Position numbers and translations under genes: made by a program. From Raillietiella orientalis (Eukaryota), in assembly GCA_036172245.1 (NCBI GenBank), contig JAYWIR010000019.1, positions 1,240,001-1,304,000 on the forward strand: 64,000 bases of DNA, read 5' to 3'. The notes beneath the pieces were generated by a model. The model had not been told where the DNA came from, made no database searches, and saw only the letters and a program-made list of their open reading frames with translations. This document shows, piece by piece, positions 23,915-37,400 of the stretch (position 1 is its first letter; every line of letters starts with the position of its first letter).

Positions 23915-26027
23915 TCAACAGCTCTGATGAGTTTGTAAGCGTGTTAGCTTAAATGTTTGCCCTCCAACTAATAATGCTTCTGTGCGACGCAAAACATCAG
24001 AGTCTGTGACATATGATGAGCCATCGGTGGTACGGTATGCATCCTCGATAGTGCAGGATTCTTGCTTGGAAGTGTCTTCAGGAATTTCCTTATCTTGCAG
24101 ATCCTCTTTTGAGCAATCGTGTTTTTCAGTACTAATCATTGCATTATCATCTGCATGGCTTAAGGATGACAACATACTCTCAATCTGTTCTGTGGGATGG
24201 GACCAACACGGCAATGAGTGAATCCTTACAAACTTGTTACTGCAAATGTGCTAATCAGTGTACACTTGCACATCTTTCAAAACTTACCTGCATGCTTCCC
24301 AAGGAATGCTGAACAGCTCAGCCAGATTTGGCAACATGTTCCAAACATCTGGGGTATCCATGCTAAAGCTCCAGCGCATTTGGCAGATATTTTTATTGAG
24401 TAAACAACAGGCATAGTCAAATTGAGCCCTGAAGTGACTGCGATCGTAAAGTGGAAACCTACAAATATTTGGAAATACAGCAGCAAATGCCTAACTTCAC
24501 TTACTCGCATATATCCTTGCGAAGTTTCTTGTCAACGGGATCCTTGATGATAGAACGATCACCAAAATAACAAATTGGGTAACGGAGATGCAACTGTAAG
24601 ATACCAGATAATAAGACCACACAGTGGCACACATATCCCAATGCAATGGCTATTGAAACATCATCATGTGTCATCATATCATTTGCTGGTGCTAGAGGAA
24701 TGTCTCGAATATAAAAGCAACCCTTTTGGTTCTTTATAATAGGGTAAACTGTAGCTAATTCAGTGAGCATCTTTTGTTGACGTCTCATGAGTTGACTCTG
24801 TTGTTGTTCAAGAAATTCTTCACTTTTCCCTAATTTTTGAACTTGTTTGTATAATGCTAGCTCCTGTTCATTCAACTCTTTGACTTTATGGGAAACAATT
24901 TTCACTGAACACAAATAACTAATTTATCAAACTTGGTGATTACTGATCCCACCTTCAGTTTGATTATGTACAATTAATCCAGAAGTTTGGCCTTCAAATT
25001 CGACTAAAACTTCTTTCTGCTTTTTAATTTCTCTTTTTAAAATGTGAATGGAATTTTTCTGATGTTTATACTTCTCTTCAAGTTTTAAGCATTCAGGCTC
25101 CCGAAAGTAATTTAGCTGTTTATGAAGAATGTCCTGCAATTTCTTTTTTTGATGAAGTAATTGATTTAGATCTCTTTGCAAAGAGAGTAATCTGCAAGGA
25201 CACTATAAAAATATCCAGCTTTATCTTTTCCAAAAATACTCAACTGCTTCAGAGAAGCTAGTGAATAGAGTTGTGTTGGCTGTTCAACAATCATTTGAAC
25301 ACGTAAGGAATTGCTATCAGAGACACTTTCCATTACCATCTGATTGGTGAGGAAAAAACCTTTCATTTTTAGAATCAGTGCATTTAGTGGTAAGTGTTGC
25401 ACCAAAATTTCTTCAGAAACAACACATAATTCCTTAAAATTCAAATTTGTCGAATATACTAATTGACTTTCTTCATCATTTTCTAAGAATATTTTCATCA
25501 TTACCTCTGAAAAGAAGATATTAATGTTTAGAACTATATAATGGCAACTGCTATTATTACAGTATTCTGAAACGATAGCAAATTTTATTATAGATGTAAT
25601 TATCTGCATTTCTATAGATCATAAAACTAGCGTACCAGTAGCATTCCCAAAATTACTGTCATTCCAGTGGCAGGGCCATGCTGGACTGTAACTAAAGTTT
25701 ACAGTTGATTCATAAATGCTCTGATCCGATAGAGTTTTCCATAGAATCAATTTTAGTTTGTAGGTTTCCAAATTGGACTTATTTTCTTTGGATAAGGCAT
25801 TCTTAAGATACACAATTTCCAAATGCCTTGCACAAAACTGGGGAATAAGATCTTTGAATTTTTAAATTACATGTGTTTTGTTTATTAAATTATTATCAAA
25901 TTTCATCAAAACAGATATTAAAGACACAAGCTGATTTAAACTCTTAAAGCACCCATAGCACCCAAGGACTTCATACCTTCGTGTACAACAAATTGCACGA
26001 TAAGCTATGGCCATTCAATCTGCTCAT
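23915..26027 (-). CDS. UVRAG: UV radiation resistance-associated protein (UVRAG/Vps38), 7 exons
   Basis: Exons 26027-25977, 25837-25636, 25506-25245, 25191-24953, 24904-24505, 24458-24288, 24239-23915; all GT-AG and phase-consistent. C2-like N-terminus (RHLEIVYLKN...YESTVNFSYSPAW), coiled coil, and conserved LTELATVYPI, IALGYVCHCV..LS.IL...LRYPI, EFPLY...QFDYACCLLNKNICQMR. The start codon is the least certain part. Confidence 0.9.
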
Positions 26028-27428
26028 TATGCATCTTGCGACAAGATTTGGAAATTACTGCATTAGAAATGGAGCGCTCAAAAAGTTCTTGTATGCTTTG
26101 AAACAACAGCAGTTACGACAACCAGTTAAGCTGTACATAAGGAATATTCACCACATCAGACCAACAGGTACAACAAACCGACACCACATGTGTATTTCTG
26201 TGCAGATTTGTATCCATTTCCAATCCGTCGTTCGTCGTGCTAATGAAGCACCTCACGTTAATATCCGATGCCAGCATCAAAAAATATATCGAAAATATAT
26301 TTATGAATAAAGTATAAAAATGCAGTGACGGGGTAAGAAATGAAGCCATGCATCGTATATTATTTATAATATGTCAGTCAAATATGGATATAGCTTGATA
26401 TTAGTTTTATCCTTGTTAGAAAAGTCACACCATGCTTTCGAATATGAGAAAGAATATGAAAGCAAGCATCAGCAAGGGTTTTGCCCGTATTTTGAAAAGC
26501 AGATGAAATAAAACAAGATCACATTCTATAAGAATCGGTTTGCAAGCCAGATTGTCCCACGTCCCTGGATTTCTATTGTGTTGTGCTTGTTTTAAAATTT
26601 GCCAGTTTTCTAAAATCTTCGGTATTTTAAGAAAACAACGTTTCATGTAGTTTTCAAGCCAAAAGTATATGCAAGACTGAACTACTAAAGCTAGCGACCT
26701 TCCAAAACCAAATAGTTTTTTCTTAGCGGCCGATTTAAACAATATTCGTTACTGTTTTGGAATTTTTTTAACACATTGAAATGTTTAAAACACACTGAAT
26801 TTATAAGGCATAGAGATTTTTCTTTCGTAAGCCTAAACCCGGTCACATGTTTGAAAAATGAAATGCATGTTTGCTCATAACTGAATGAAATCAGCAAGTC
26901 AGAACCGTTCGATCCTATTAATGTGCAATGTGTTTAAGCTACCTGCGATTGTAATTCATATCTTAATTTTAAATGTGTTCGAAGTGGATTCATTAAAACA
27001 ACAGAACTACACCGTAATTCCATTTCTGTGTATAGTGCAATTTCCTTCTCATGCTCACACGAGAAAGTGGATGAACGGAGTTGGCGGCATCATTATTGTT
27101 TACCTGAAAAATGCCTCGAATGATTATGTCGACAGCTCGTACATAGGTGGCTTTCTGAGTGATACTGATGCAGTTATTTGGGGAGAGGGTGATCATGCTT
27201 TGTGATCTTGCTGCTTTGCAAGTTTCTTTTCATTACTGAGCTTTAATGCTTTTTAAGCCTTTTCAACACGGTACTACTTTTGGTACCTTGTGATTTCAGA
27301 TACAGGAAGATGGAGAGCGTTGCAAGCCGTAGTAGCCGTGGCATATTGATCGAAAGCGGAATTCGAAATGTGAAACTGAATGTTTGTTGAATTGAAGTAC
27401 TCGTAAAATACAAACAAGAGAGAGGGAA
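26028..27428. promoter_or_regulatory. Probable shared (bidirectional) promoter/5' UTR region between head-to-head UVRAG and ERMP1
   Basis: Divergent start codons 1.4 kb apart; CpGs are locally more frequent than in either gene body. Confidence 0.4.
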
Positions 27429-30400
27429 ATGAACGACAGTTTGATCAGAAACCGGTTTACTCTGAACAAGGTGCCAGATATGGCGACCCAGCAACTGTCA
27501 GTAAAGTCAGGAAATCCAGAGATATTCAGGAGAAATCAAAAGCACAAACTGATGAGTGTGTGGCTGTTAATCTACCTGTTTCTCATATTAAGTATTGCAT
27601 ATATGTTAGGGGAAAGTTTGCCCACTCCTGTAATGGAATCCACGAATGATGAATTCGTAACTGGTAACTGTTTGAAGCATGTTAATCATCTTGCAAGTAT
27701 AGGACCTAAACCAACGGGAAGTCATGAAAATGAAGTTTTAGCCGTTAATTACATATACAGTTGGCTTCAAAACCTGAAAAGCAAATCTTTACAACAGATT
27801 GATATCGATGTACAAACTGTGAATGGGTGTTTCTTTCTAAATGCCTGGAGTGGGTTCACGTCTTGTTATAGAAATATTCAAAATATAGCTGTATTATTAA
27901 GATCTCGGGATAGTGATGCATCTGCAGTGTTAGTGAATTGCCATTTTGATTCTGTCCCAGGAAGTCCTGGTAAGTTTTGAATTTGTACGGCCAGTATTAT
28001 CATTTTGTTTGAAGGAGGAAGTGACGATCTCATCAACTGTGGTATTATGATGGAAATCTTAAGACATTTAGCAACTTCTCCCAAAACTTTCAAGCATTCA
28101 ATTATTTTCCTTTTCAATGGAGCAGAAGAAAATATTCTTCAAGTGAGGATAATAAGTTGGTTTGTGTCAGTTCTTTCAAAAAGATTTTGAAACTTTAAAA
28201 TTATGTGTTCCTATTGTAAGTTTATTGGGTTTCCTTAGCACTTTGTTTACTTAGCGCTAATAATTTTTGAAATTTCATTACTTTTTGAAAGAAAAGTGTG
28301 TGGTAGTAAACATTTAAGTGTTGATTCAATATTTCATATTTGAATTATTTGCACTGATATGTTTGCTCATGATTGCATATTTCATAAAGCGATATTTGTC
28401 TCTAAGGGTTCTCATGGTTTCATAACTCAGCACAAGTGGAAAGATTCTATTAAAGTGTTTCTTAATTTAGAAGCTTCTGGCTTAGGTGGAAAGGAGATAC
28501 TATTTCAGGCTGGCCCTAAAAATCTTTGGCTTATACAGGTAAAGTCCGCGACTTTCATTAAGTGTAAAGTCTTTCAAGGCATATAGCAGAACAGCAAAGT
28601 GGCCTCATGCTTCTGTTATTGCACAAGAAATCTTTCAATATGGGTTGATTCCTTCTGACACTGATTTCAGAATCTTCAGGGATTTTGGCAATCTGTCAGG
28701 TTGGTGCTCATGTGAAATACATTTGGGACATTAGCTTTTGGTAGGATTGGATTTTGCATTTGTCAAAAATGGTTATGTTTACCATACAAAGTATGATGAT
28801 CCTCGTTTGATACCTTTGGGCAGTTTCCAGCATGCTGGGGACAATCTTCTGGGTTTGATCAAGGATTTGCTCAATTCAGTTGATCTAAATAATGGCCAAA
28901 AGTCCATAACAGATGATACAGTATATTTTGATGTTTTGGGGAAATGGATGATATGCTACTCATCTACTGCAAGTTTTATATTTAACCTAGGACTTGTAAT
29001 TCTCTCAGCTGGGTCTATTATTTACACTATAAATCAGCTTGCTGTTACAACTGGTAAGTCCGTTGGCTTCTTGTATTTGTAAAATTGACTCTTACAGGAT
29101 TAACCAAGGCATATATTTATCTGCAGTTTTGTATAGTGATGATTGGTTTTGCAACAGCTTGCATTATTAGTGTTCTGGTAACCATGCTAATAGCCAGGTT
29201 TATCTCCATGAGTGGAAAATCGATGTTCTGGTATCAAAGGCCATACCTAGTTATTGCCATTTATGCACTTCCTGCATTTTGGACTTTGTGTACAGTACAA
29301 TGGTTTCTGGGTAACCGTTACAAATCAGTGAGTGTGCATGAGACCTTTCTTGGACCTACTGATGCATTGCTAGATTAGATTGGGATACTTACAACATTAT
29401 ATTCTTTCATTACTGGGTATCTCTTCCATTTTTATGTTTGCATTACTATTTGGTACACTCCAGGGAATCTTGTCCGTATATCTATTCATGATATGGTTGC
29501 TTCCAGCAACTATGTATATTTTGCTGTACAGCTACATAAAGGATGGTAAAAAAATTTAGCTCTCTCATGCTTATTTGTTTGCCAGCTTATCGTGTTTATG
29601 TTTTATGGTTGTTTTTGTTGTTTCCCTGCTTACATACACTGTATCAAGTATTGGAGCTGTTTCAAGTATTCATTCCCATCATGGGACGAGCTGGTCTTTT
29701 TGATCCTGAGACCATCATTGTTGCAATCACCCTGATGTCAGTAATTCTGATCACTGCTATGTTCGTAAGTACATAAAGGAATATTACTAATGAAGTAGTC
29801 CTCTGCTGTGCATCTTTTTTCTGAATGGCAAAGTATGTCATGGACAATGTTAGTTACATGGCTCCTAATGACAGTGATGCTTTTCACTCCTCTAGGCTTT
29901 CCTTATAACAGCACTTTATCTAATCCACGCCCTCAGCGCTACTACATAGTGGTAAGCTTACAGTTATTGTGCAGATTCGGCATATCACTATTCGGCATAC
30001 TTTCAGCATACTGAACGCACTCTTGCTGGTTCTCATGGTCACCCTGAGCACACCGATTGGGGTTATTGGTTATTCGTATTGGACGCCAATACTCCTTCTA
30101 GTGTTGAAAATTATGTCCCCGAGTTGCGGAATTACGTAAATGTCAATTGTGATGATAATCTTTATTGTGGTGTCCCTTATTTGTATCCTGTGGCAAACAT
30201 TATGAAGAAGTCTTTGTGGATTTCTACTGCAAATCGACCTTTTATCGATAGTCGTCCGCTTGTAGATGCCAAATTACATGTATCAAATTCGACATCATTA
30301 CATAAACTTACTCTGCATGTTTCTGGGCCTGACCATGTATCGATTTATTTTTCACCCCGTGAAGGAGTGAAGCTACAAAAATGGTCTCTGACTCCTAAGA

Positions 30401-30719
30401 TGCCAACACCATCCCTTTTTTGGAATGGGACCAGGCCAGTGTATTTTATATATTTTTCCTATGGACGAACAGCTGCTCCTTTAGATTTTGATGTTACTGT
30501 AGAGGTGAGACAACTGTGAGTCTATGCAGTGTATATGTTTTTGTCACTTAGGGACGAAGCACGATGAATTCGCCAGGTTTAATTGATGTAGCAGTTTGTG
30601 GTCACTATCTTCATGGCAGACACATGAAATCAAGACAGTTTGAGAAATTTTTGGAGCAATTTCCCAATTGGACTTATCCCTTTGGATACACAGCTGTTTA
30701 TAAATCATATGTAATATGA
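27429..30719 (+). CDS. ERMP1: Endoplasmic reticulum metallopeptidase 1 (M28 family, multi-pass membrane), 11 exons
   Basis: Exons 27429-27969, 28015-28142, 28407-28538, 28579-28699, 28745-29053, 29098-29327, 29374-29545, 29586-29764, 29799-29951, 30007-30504, 30552-30719; all GT-AG and in frame. Intact M28 motifs [65 protein letters not shown], then a TM region and PRPQR. Alternative start at 27480. Confidence 0.95.
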
Positions 30720-31329
30720 GTGAATTGTTATGTAATTTCAATGGTTTTGCTATGTACACAAGGTGTTGTTAGAGGGAATAACACATGCTTATGTACGAGA
30801 TAGCTGATCCAATGTTTATGTGGCTTTCCAGAGTAACTTTAAAATGCATATTTGTGGAATTTTCCAAAATCCATGTAAAATACTAACATAGCTTTGCATA
30901 ATCCATTGTATTGCATTCTTTTATTGCATAAAAAGTTGGAGTGATGCTCATATGACAAATAAAATGGACCTATATAAGAAAAATCTCTGTTTCTTCGATG
31001 ATTAACCATGTTTAAAACCGCAAACTCAATGTTGAGAAGTCTTCTCTGTGAAAGTCGTTTGGAAAATCCGCAGGATAAAGGCACAAAGTGTTCGTGGGTC
31101 TCCTTGCTTGTTAATTGTTAATTGTACCATACTAAGTATGAAGAGTAGAAAGAGGTGAGCGATGTGTGAAAAGTTCCAAGAAGAAAAGAATTCAAAAATG
31201 AGTTTGTTAAATAAAAGTAATTTTTCGTGGTCTGCTTCCGTACTCATTTCTCAGCCAATCCCTACGAATCAGTACTTCAATTACGTCCCTGCTTGATTCT
31301 TGAGCAGTAAGTGCATTCAGATTTCCCTA

Positions 31330-34300
31330 CTTACAATAATGCTTTACAAACGGGGTGCAAACAACTGAAAGAGGGAACTTCCACTACCTTCTGTCTCATC
31401 TCATCGGCACTGATCTTTGGAGATCCTACGATAGTGGTGGAGACCTATCCGATTTTCGAATGGCCTTTCCTAAATATCTTGTGTTCGAGCAAACCAATCC
31501 TTTCCAGGTGTATTCCGCCTGTGCACTTCTCGGTTTCCTCAACACTTCATCATTTCCCGGGTCCCGAGACCCCGAAGGTCTCACTACCATTGCTCATCGC
31601 GTAGCGATTGCTCCCTAGGAGGAGAAGGGCGCCGATCCCCGGCTCTTACTTTTCAGAGTCGTAGTCTCCCTCGCAAGGTCAAGTGACCATCATGACCCCC
31701 GTCCCTTCGTCCTGGGACGCGGACTCCGGCTTCCAGTCTGTTCTTGGAATGGTCTGGCTGGTGGCCGCCTGCTCCCAGTGGATCCTTCTCGATCGAGGTC
31801 ACCAGCTTTTCTCGGTCATCTTCTGGTTGTTGGCTCATCCGTTGAGGTTAGAGCTTCACCATTCTTCCGCAGGAGCGATCAGTGCCGTGCTTAGTGGGAT
31901 TTTTCGCACCCCGGCAGAAGCTCGGGTCGTGCCGCGCGGATCGATCAGCAAGCTGCGAAGCGGAGGGGCTCGCCGTCGCATCAGCAGTACCCTGGGGTTG
32001 GATGCTGCCCAGTGCAGGACACGGTTCTCCCTTGGCCCAGGTGCTTCGCAACGGGCGGCGTCCGCGCCACCTTGCGCGGGACCGCGCGTCGCTCGAGGTG
32101 CTTTCTTGCTCGCGTGCTCATCGACCTCGGGTACTTCCCAAACATCCGCTTCATCTTCCTTCCTTCGGACACCTGTCTTCACATCATCCAGGTGCTTGTG
32201 GTGCCGCTACTGGGTCTGTCACCCCGGGCACAACGAAACGCCCCAAACCTCCGCCCGCCGCCGGTGGTGCCTGCGGCTGCTGCCTCTTTACGATCGGGCA
32301 GAGCGTCCTCCGAGATGAATTCTGCGCCTCCGGGTGTGAAAGTTCGGAGCAGCGGTCTCCGAGTCCCCACGGAGGAGTTGGGCAGGATGGGACGACTTGT
32401 TATTCGTGGGCGTTCGTTGCCCGCCCGTTTTGTTGCGCTGATGCCTGTTTTTGCCGAGTGTCTAACGCATATTCTTATCCAGAAGAAGGAAGGGTCTCAT
32501 AACATTCAGGAGTTGCCGTGGAGACCATCCCCAACCTGTTGCTGCGACCGCTTCTGCAACAACCTGTTGTTTGGTGGGTCGCAATGCGAAGAAGCCTAAG
32601 CCAAATCCTAAATTGCCCTATGGTTTTAGCCCAGGCACCCGTTAGTCTTCCAGAATTCGATTCCGCCGACCTTCAAAGTGCCCTTCTTCACTCCTCTTGC
32701 CTCCCCGGTCCAGAAGCGGAATGGCGCACGCTGGCTGCAATCGATCGATAATCCATCTTTTTTGCTTCAAAATCGGGAAACCGATGCTGGAGATCGCGAT
32801 GTCCATCCTTCAGCTCTACCGTCATTTCTCGATCTCCTGCACATGTCAAAATGGAGTTTCCTCTTAAGGACTCCATGTTCCCTCAAAGAACTGGTTCTGT
32901 CGCCACACTGAATGGCAACGAGTTAGGTGAACATCCTTGCTTTACCTTGCATGTACGAATTCCTGGCGGTGTGCAATTCTGTCTGCAAAAATGTATGTCC
33001 ACCCGTATGTGGGTCTTTGACGATCTTTTTGAAGGTCCCCTCCACTCTTTCGAAGATCCCTGCGACAGTTCATGCGAGACCGCTGCAAATGCATTTTTGA
33101 AATCCTTTAATGCAATACACAAGTTCTGTGAAGTTTCCTGGCCGCATGGGGCCTAATGAGAACGGATGCTGTTCCATGTCTTTATATTATGGAAGCAATC
33201 CTTGCTCGCAACAGATGGGTGTCAGTTGACCTTCCCTAAATCCTCTTGGCAGCATTTACACACAAGGAGGCAAATGTAGGCGCCAGTTGGCATTGAACCC
33301 CACCTGCTGACCCCTTCCGACCCTAAGGACAACTTCGGAAGTAGCATTGCCTTCGCATGCTTCCAAAGTGTCAGCTTTTCCTTAACCCCAAGAATGTATG
33401 TGTGAAAGATGCCATCCAGCTGGCATCATCCATGGTTGCTTCCTGATCCACCTGCTGCCATCCACTACGCAAGATCCTGTCAGAATCCCGGGGGGGAACT
33501 TTCGCACTTCGTGTGATTTCAGCTTAACCGTTGCCTGTCCTGAATGGCATGAGACCGCTACTTCTGCCTCCCACCTTGATCTTCTTTCTCAACGTGCGGG
33601 CTAAGAGCTTTTCCACTCTTGTAGCCGGGTTTCTGCAATGCGTGTCCATTGTCCTTATTGCCCTTCGTCGGTTGAGTCGCTGCGATTTTCGTATTTTGCT
33701 GCGATCCATGGGATCCAGTTGCCCCCTTCTCGGCATGATCCCATGAGCATCAGCTGGGACAGTCTTTTCTCGGAGGAGACCTACTGTAGGTCTCACGAGT
33801 CTCCGGAACTCCATGTTCCGTTAACTCTCATTCACGAACTGACGCGAGAGGTATTTTCTGAAAGGCTTCTGTTTCGGTTTCCTCCATCTTCTCTTTGCTG
33901 AACCCAGCTATGCAGCAGGTGGCAATTTTGTGTTCATCTTTTCATCTTCTGCCTCTGGACGCTCTTCATCTTTTGCCCGGAACCGTAGTGTGCGTACTCC
34001 CTCTCCCTCCATATTATCTCCTTCCACTTCTTCCTCGTGAATCACGCGATTTCGGTCGCTCGAATTCAGGTCCTCCGAGGTTTCGATTTCTCGGCTCGCC
34101 TACCCGTCGGGTTGATGGCCTGTAAGGAGCGTGATGACCCTCGTGAAATAAAGGTCGATTCTGTGGTCTTGACACCGGGTGTGCATGCCGGGCTTTTCCG
34201 TGCGGCATCATCCTCTGCAGCCCTGACTCCTCCATCCCTACTTGTTTGGCGCTTCCATAGGAGATTTTTCCTCTTGTCCCCACATGAGCCAAGCAGCCCG

Positions 34301-34450
34301 TTCAGTTTCCGGAGAATTTGCATCAGCTGATTCCGCTTTTCTTTGGCAGTTCCGATTGCATCTTGATCTCAAGCGGACAGCGCTAGAGGCGGAGGCAGCG
34401 GGTAGAGGAGTATCAGGGATTCTCCCTGAATCCAAAACTCTTTCTGCATT
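31330..34450 (-). mobile_element. Decayed NeSL/Utopia-like (RLE-type) non-LTR retrotransposon
   Basis: Ordered motifs: DPMDRSKIRKSQRLNRRRAIR (pre-RT), LKDFKNAFAAVSH and KVKQGCSPNSLPFSVATEPVL (RT), QGRTVSCT...LRFAAC*SIRAAR, DRSCGR (CCHC), VVRPSGSRDPGNDEVLRK (cf. RLE VVGALGSWDPxNDxVLR). Multiple stops and frameshifts; 5' boundary approximate. Confidence 0.7.
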
Positions 34451-37400
34451 TTCCATTTACTGCTTCCTCTATGTGTTCCCTCTGAAGCTGCTCCTCGTGC
34501 TGACGATCAGTTTGGAATTTCCTAACTAGAGTATTGAAAGTAAAAAAGAAAAAAAAGTGTACCCAGGCACACGTGGGCCAACATGGGTCAGCGTGACATC
34601 AAATGCAACCGGCGGGTTTCAGAGCTACGACACTCGCATTGATCGTTTATTGGAAGCTTACCGAACTCCAGCTTTCTGGAATTCTTGCTTTGGAGGCTCT
34701 TCGGGCACTTCGTCATGTATCCCTGCGCAACCGGCGTACCTTCCTCCTAGCTCTTCCCCAGCTACCTGATAAAATATGCATCATCCCCCCCCCCAAAAAA
34801 AAAAAAAACAAAAACAAACGGCAAACGCGTACCTGGTATAAATAAATTCCAATTTTGCTAACCGACCAGAGGAACTTACCGTTTCCTCGCATAAAGCTAT
34901 TCGTATTCCAAGAAATTATTTTTCTATTTATCCCAATTAAGTTGACATCGTCTCAATTCACTCTAGTGAGCACATTTCCGGAGATATCATATTCCGGCAT
35001 ACTATCGCTCGTATTCTCGCGGAAACTGTAGCGACGGAAGTATAATAGTGCTTTTCCCCACCGAGAGCACGAACCTCCGTTTCAAGAGGATGAAGACTGA
35101 TCGTTGTACCTGCATGAAGGGCTCAGTTCAGCTTCCACAGAGCAAGGATCAGCAACGTGATGTGGTCCTTGCTGTTTCAGCTGCAATGATAGCTGTAAGC
35201 TGAGAAAGCTGCGCTGGAGTTCTCGAAGTTTCTCAAGGATTTAATCACTGGATGATTGGATTGGGAAATCTCATTCTGCAGGCAGAGGGTTGGCTGCCTG
35301 TGATCGTCACTGTTATGCCTAACTGAGCTCAGCAAGAAGTATTTGCATTTTGCGTTCCGTTCTTTTCGCGCATCTCACTTCGGTTTCAGCAACCCTTCTA
35401 TCCAGGGACTTGTCCCAAGTTCAGCTGCTGTGCCATTCTCGGTTTTTTTCTAACTGCATCTTGGAACTTTGCTAGCCCCGAAGAGACACGAGACGAATTC
35501 TATTTCATTTACAAAATTACTAAGGGAAACGAAAGGATGCTGTGACTGAAGTCGCCTGTTTCTTTTAGGCGGAGAAAATGCCCTGTTGTTTTCTTATGTT
35601 TCTGTCATCTCTCTGGTGCTTTCCATTTTCGAACTGAATTTCGGACCGCGTTGCGTACATCAATTTCTGTTGGACTTTTCCGCCAGCGATGGTACATTTC
35701 CACTATATGGAACCATCCTTACATTTTTTCGTAAAACTTCTTTTTCTTTCTTTTTTTTGGCGGGGGAAGGGGGAAGGGGGGAGATGCATTTTCGCCTTGC
35801 AAGATTTCCCCTGCAAGAGCAATCGCTGAGCTCCAGCCGTTTTCTTGATCATGAAGTTTCATGTTTTTGCAAGAAGCATGGACTTTAGCAGCGTAGCCCT
35901 GCTGCTAAACAACGCAACATTGAAGAGTCACAGCAGCATCTTTTTTTTTCCATCTCGAGCTGAAAACACAGAACCCTAAAGATTCCTTCCCATTCGGCGA
36001 TGCGAGTATTTCAACAGCATTCTATCTTTCTTTTGAGATGGTTAGCCAATTTCACCTGTTTTTTCCTGAATTTTCTTTTCCTTAGCGCTTTGTTTTAACG
36101 AGTGGGCTGATGCACTTCGACGGATGTTCGAATGCTTTCATCTTATTCAAAAGAGCAGCATCTGGGCTTTTGCACCTGCACGGCACACTGAGTGCTTTTC
36201 TGCATAACCAGATTCGGAATTCTTTTACGCAGAGAGTCTTTTCTTTGGCAATGCATTAAGGCATCATTCGTGTGTGTTTGGGAGGAGAAATATTTCTTCG
36301 TCATTCATTCAGTGCTAACTCAAACGCAGAGATTGATGAAATCATTAATTTGTTCTTGCTTGATTCTCTCTTGATTTGATGTTCCTCTGGGGGAAGCCAT
36401 TGGATTCCATGGAAGCAAATTTATTATCTCTACTTTGGTTTCCTTAATCCTGTCTCTCGTCCATCAAATTAGCTGCTCATATGATCTCGCCGAAGGCGCA
36501 AAAAAAAAAAAAAAAACAATGCAATTTTTCCATAAAAAAATGATTATTCAAACAAGCATACTATCTAAAGCCGCTTAAGCATTTCCACAAAGATGCTCTT
36601 GAAAAAAATGGATGCGCCTTTGTAGATTGCAATTTCGCCTTTGTCCTGGATGTACTCTTTTGAAATCCGATCATTTGACGGCAACCTTGAGCCTCAAATC
36701 TGCAGACACGCTCTCCTTTCAAGCATGCGATCTGTTGTTGCCTGAGAGTCTTTCAGAATAAAATGGTGTCTCAGCTGAGATCAAGTGGAGAGCTCTCTCC
36801 ATCTTGCCTCACAGACTGACCTTCGCTGCTCGTAGTACTATCCAAACAGTGGCTTTCCATTCCTCTTCGTTCACTAATCGATGATGCAGTCTCTTGTTCG
36901 GCAGGAGGCGTTTCCACAGGATTCGATTACGATTCCTGACTGATTGATCCCAAAGAGTCCAAAAGGGTTCATCATGCGATCAATCCATGGATTTATGGGG
37001 CTGCCAAGTAAACATCCCAGACGATCACACAGAAGTGCGTTCAAGGGATCGAAACCAAGGGAAACAGTTTGCAGTTGGTAGTTTGGGAGCGAAAGCGGTG
37101 AAAATCACTGTCTTTTGGAAAGGGTAGCGAGATGGAACATCCCAATCAATCCCCCTAGAATTTGGAACGCGATTGTGCTTGGCGTGCTTAAAACACGGTT
37201 CAGCAGTCAGTCTTCCTTGAAGGGATATCAATAGTAGCAACCTCTTGGAGAGATTTTTCTCTCAATCAATCTGAAGAGAAATACTTAGAACGCTTAAAAG
37301 CAACAGGATGCAGTATCTGCAGTCATACTGCTCAAAAGAACCTGTCATTCTTAGAGATGCACGCTTCCCTGCCAAAGAAAAAGAGGAAGGAAGGTGAAAA

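Noticed and set aside
26885..27350. Possible small extra gene between UVRAG and ERMP1
   Set aside because: Could not build a phase-consistent spliced ORF with a recognisable product; may be UTR exons.
30839..31247. Possible small minus-strand gene downstream of ERMP1
   Set aside because: Short ORFs with no recognisable domain and no convincing splice model.
36770..36800. U2 snRNA-like string gctgagatcaagtg
   Set aside because: Only ~14 nt similar; the U2 5' stem and branch-recognition context are absent.
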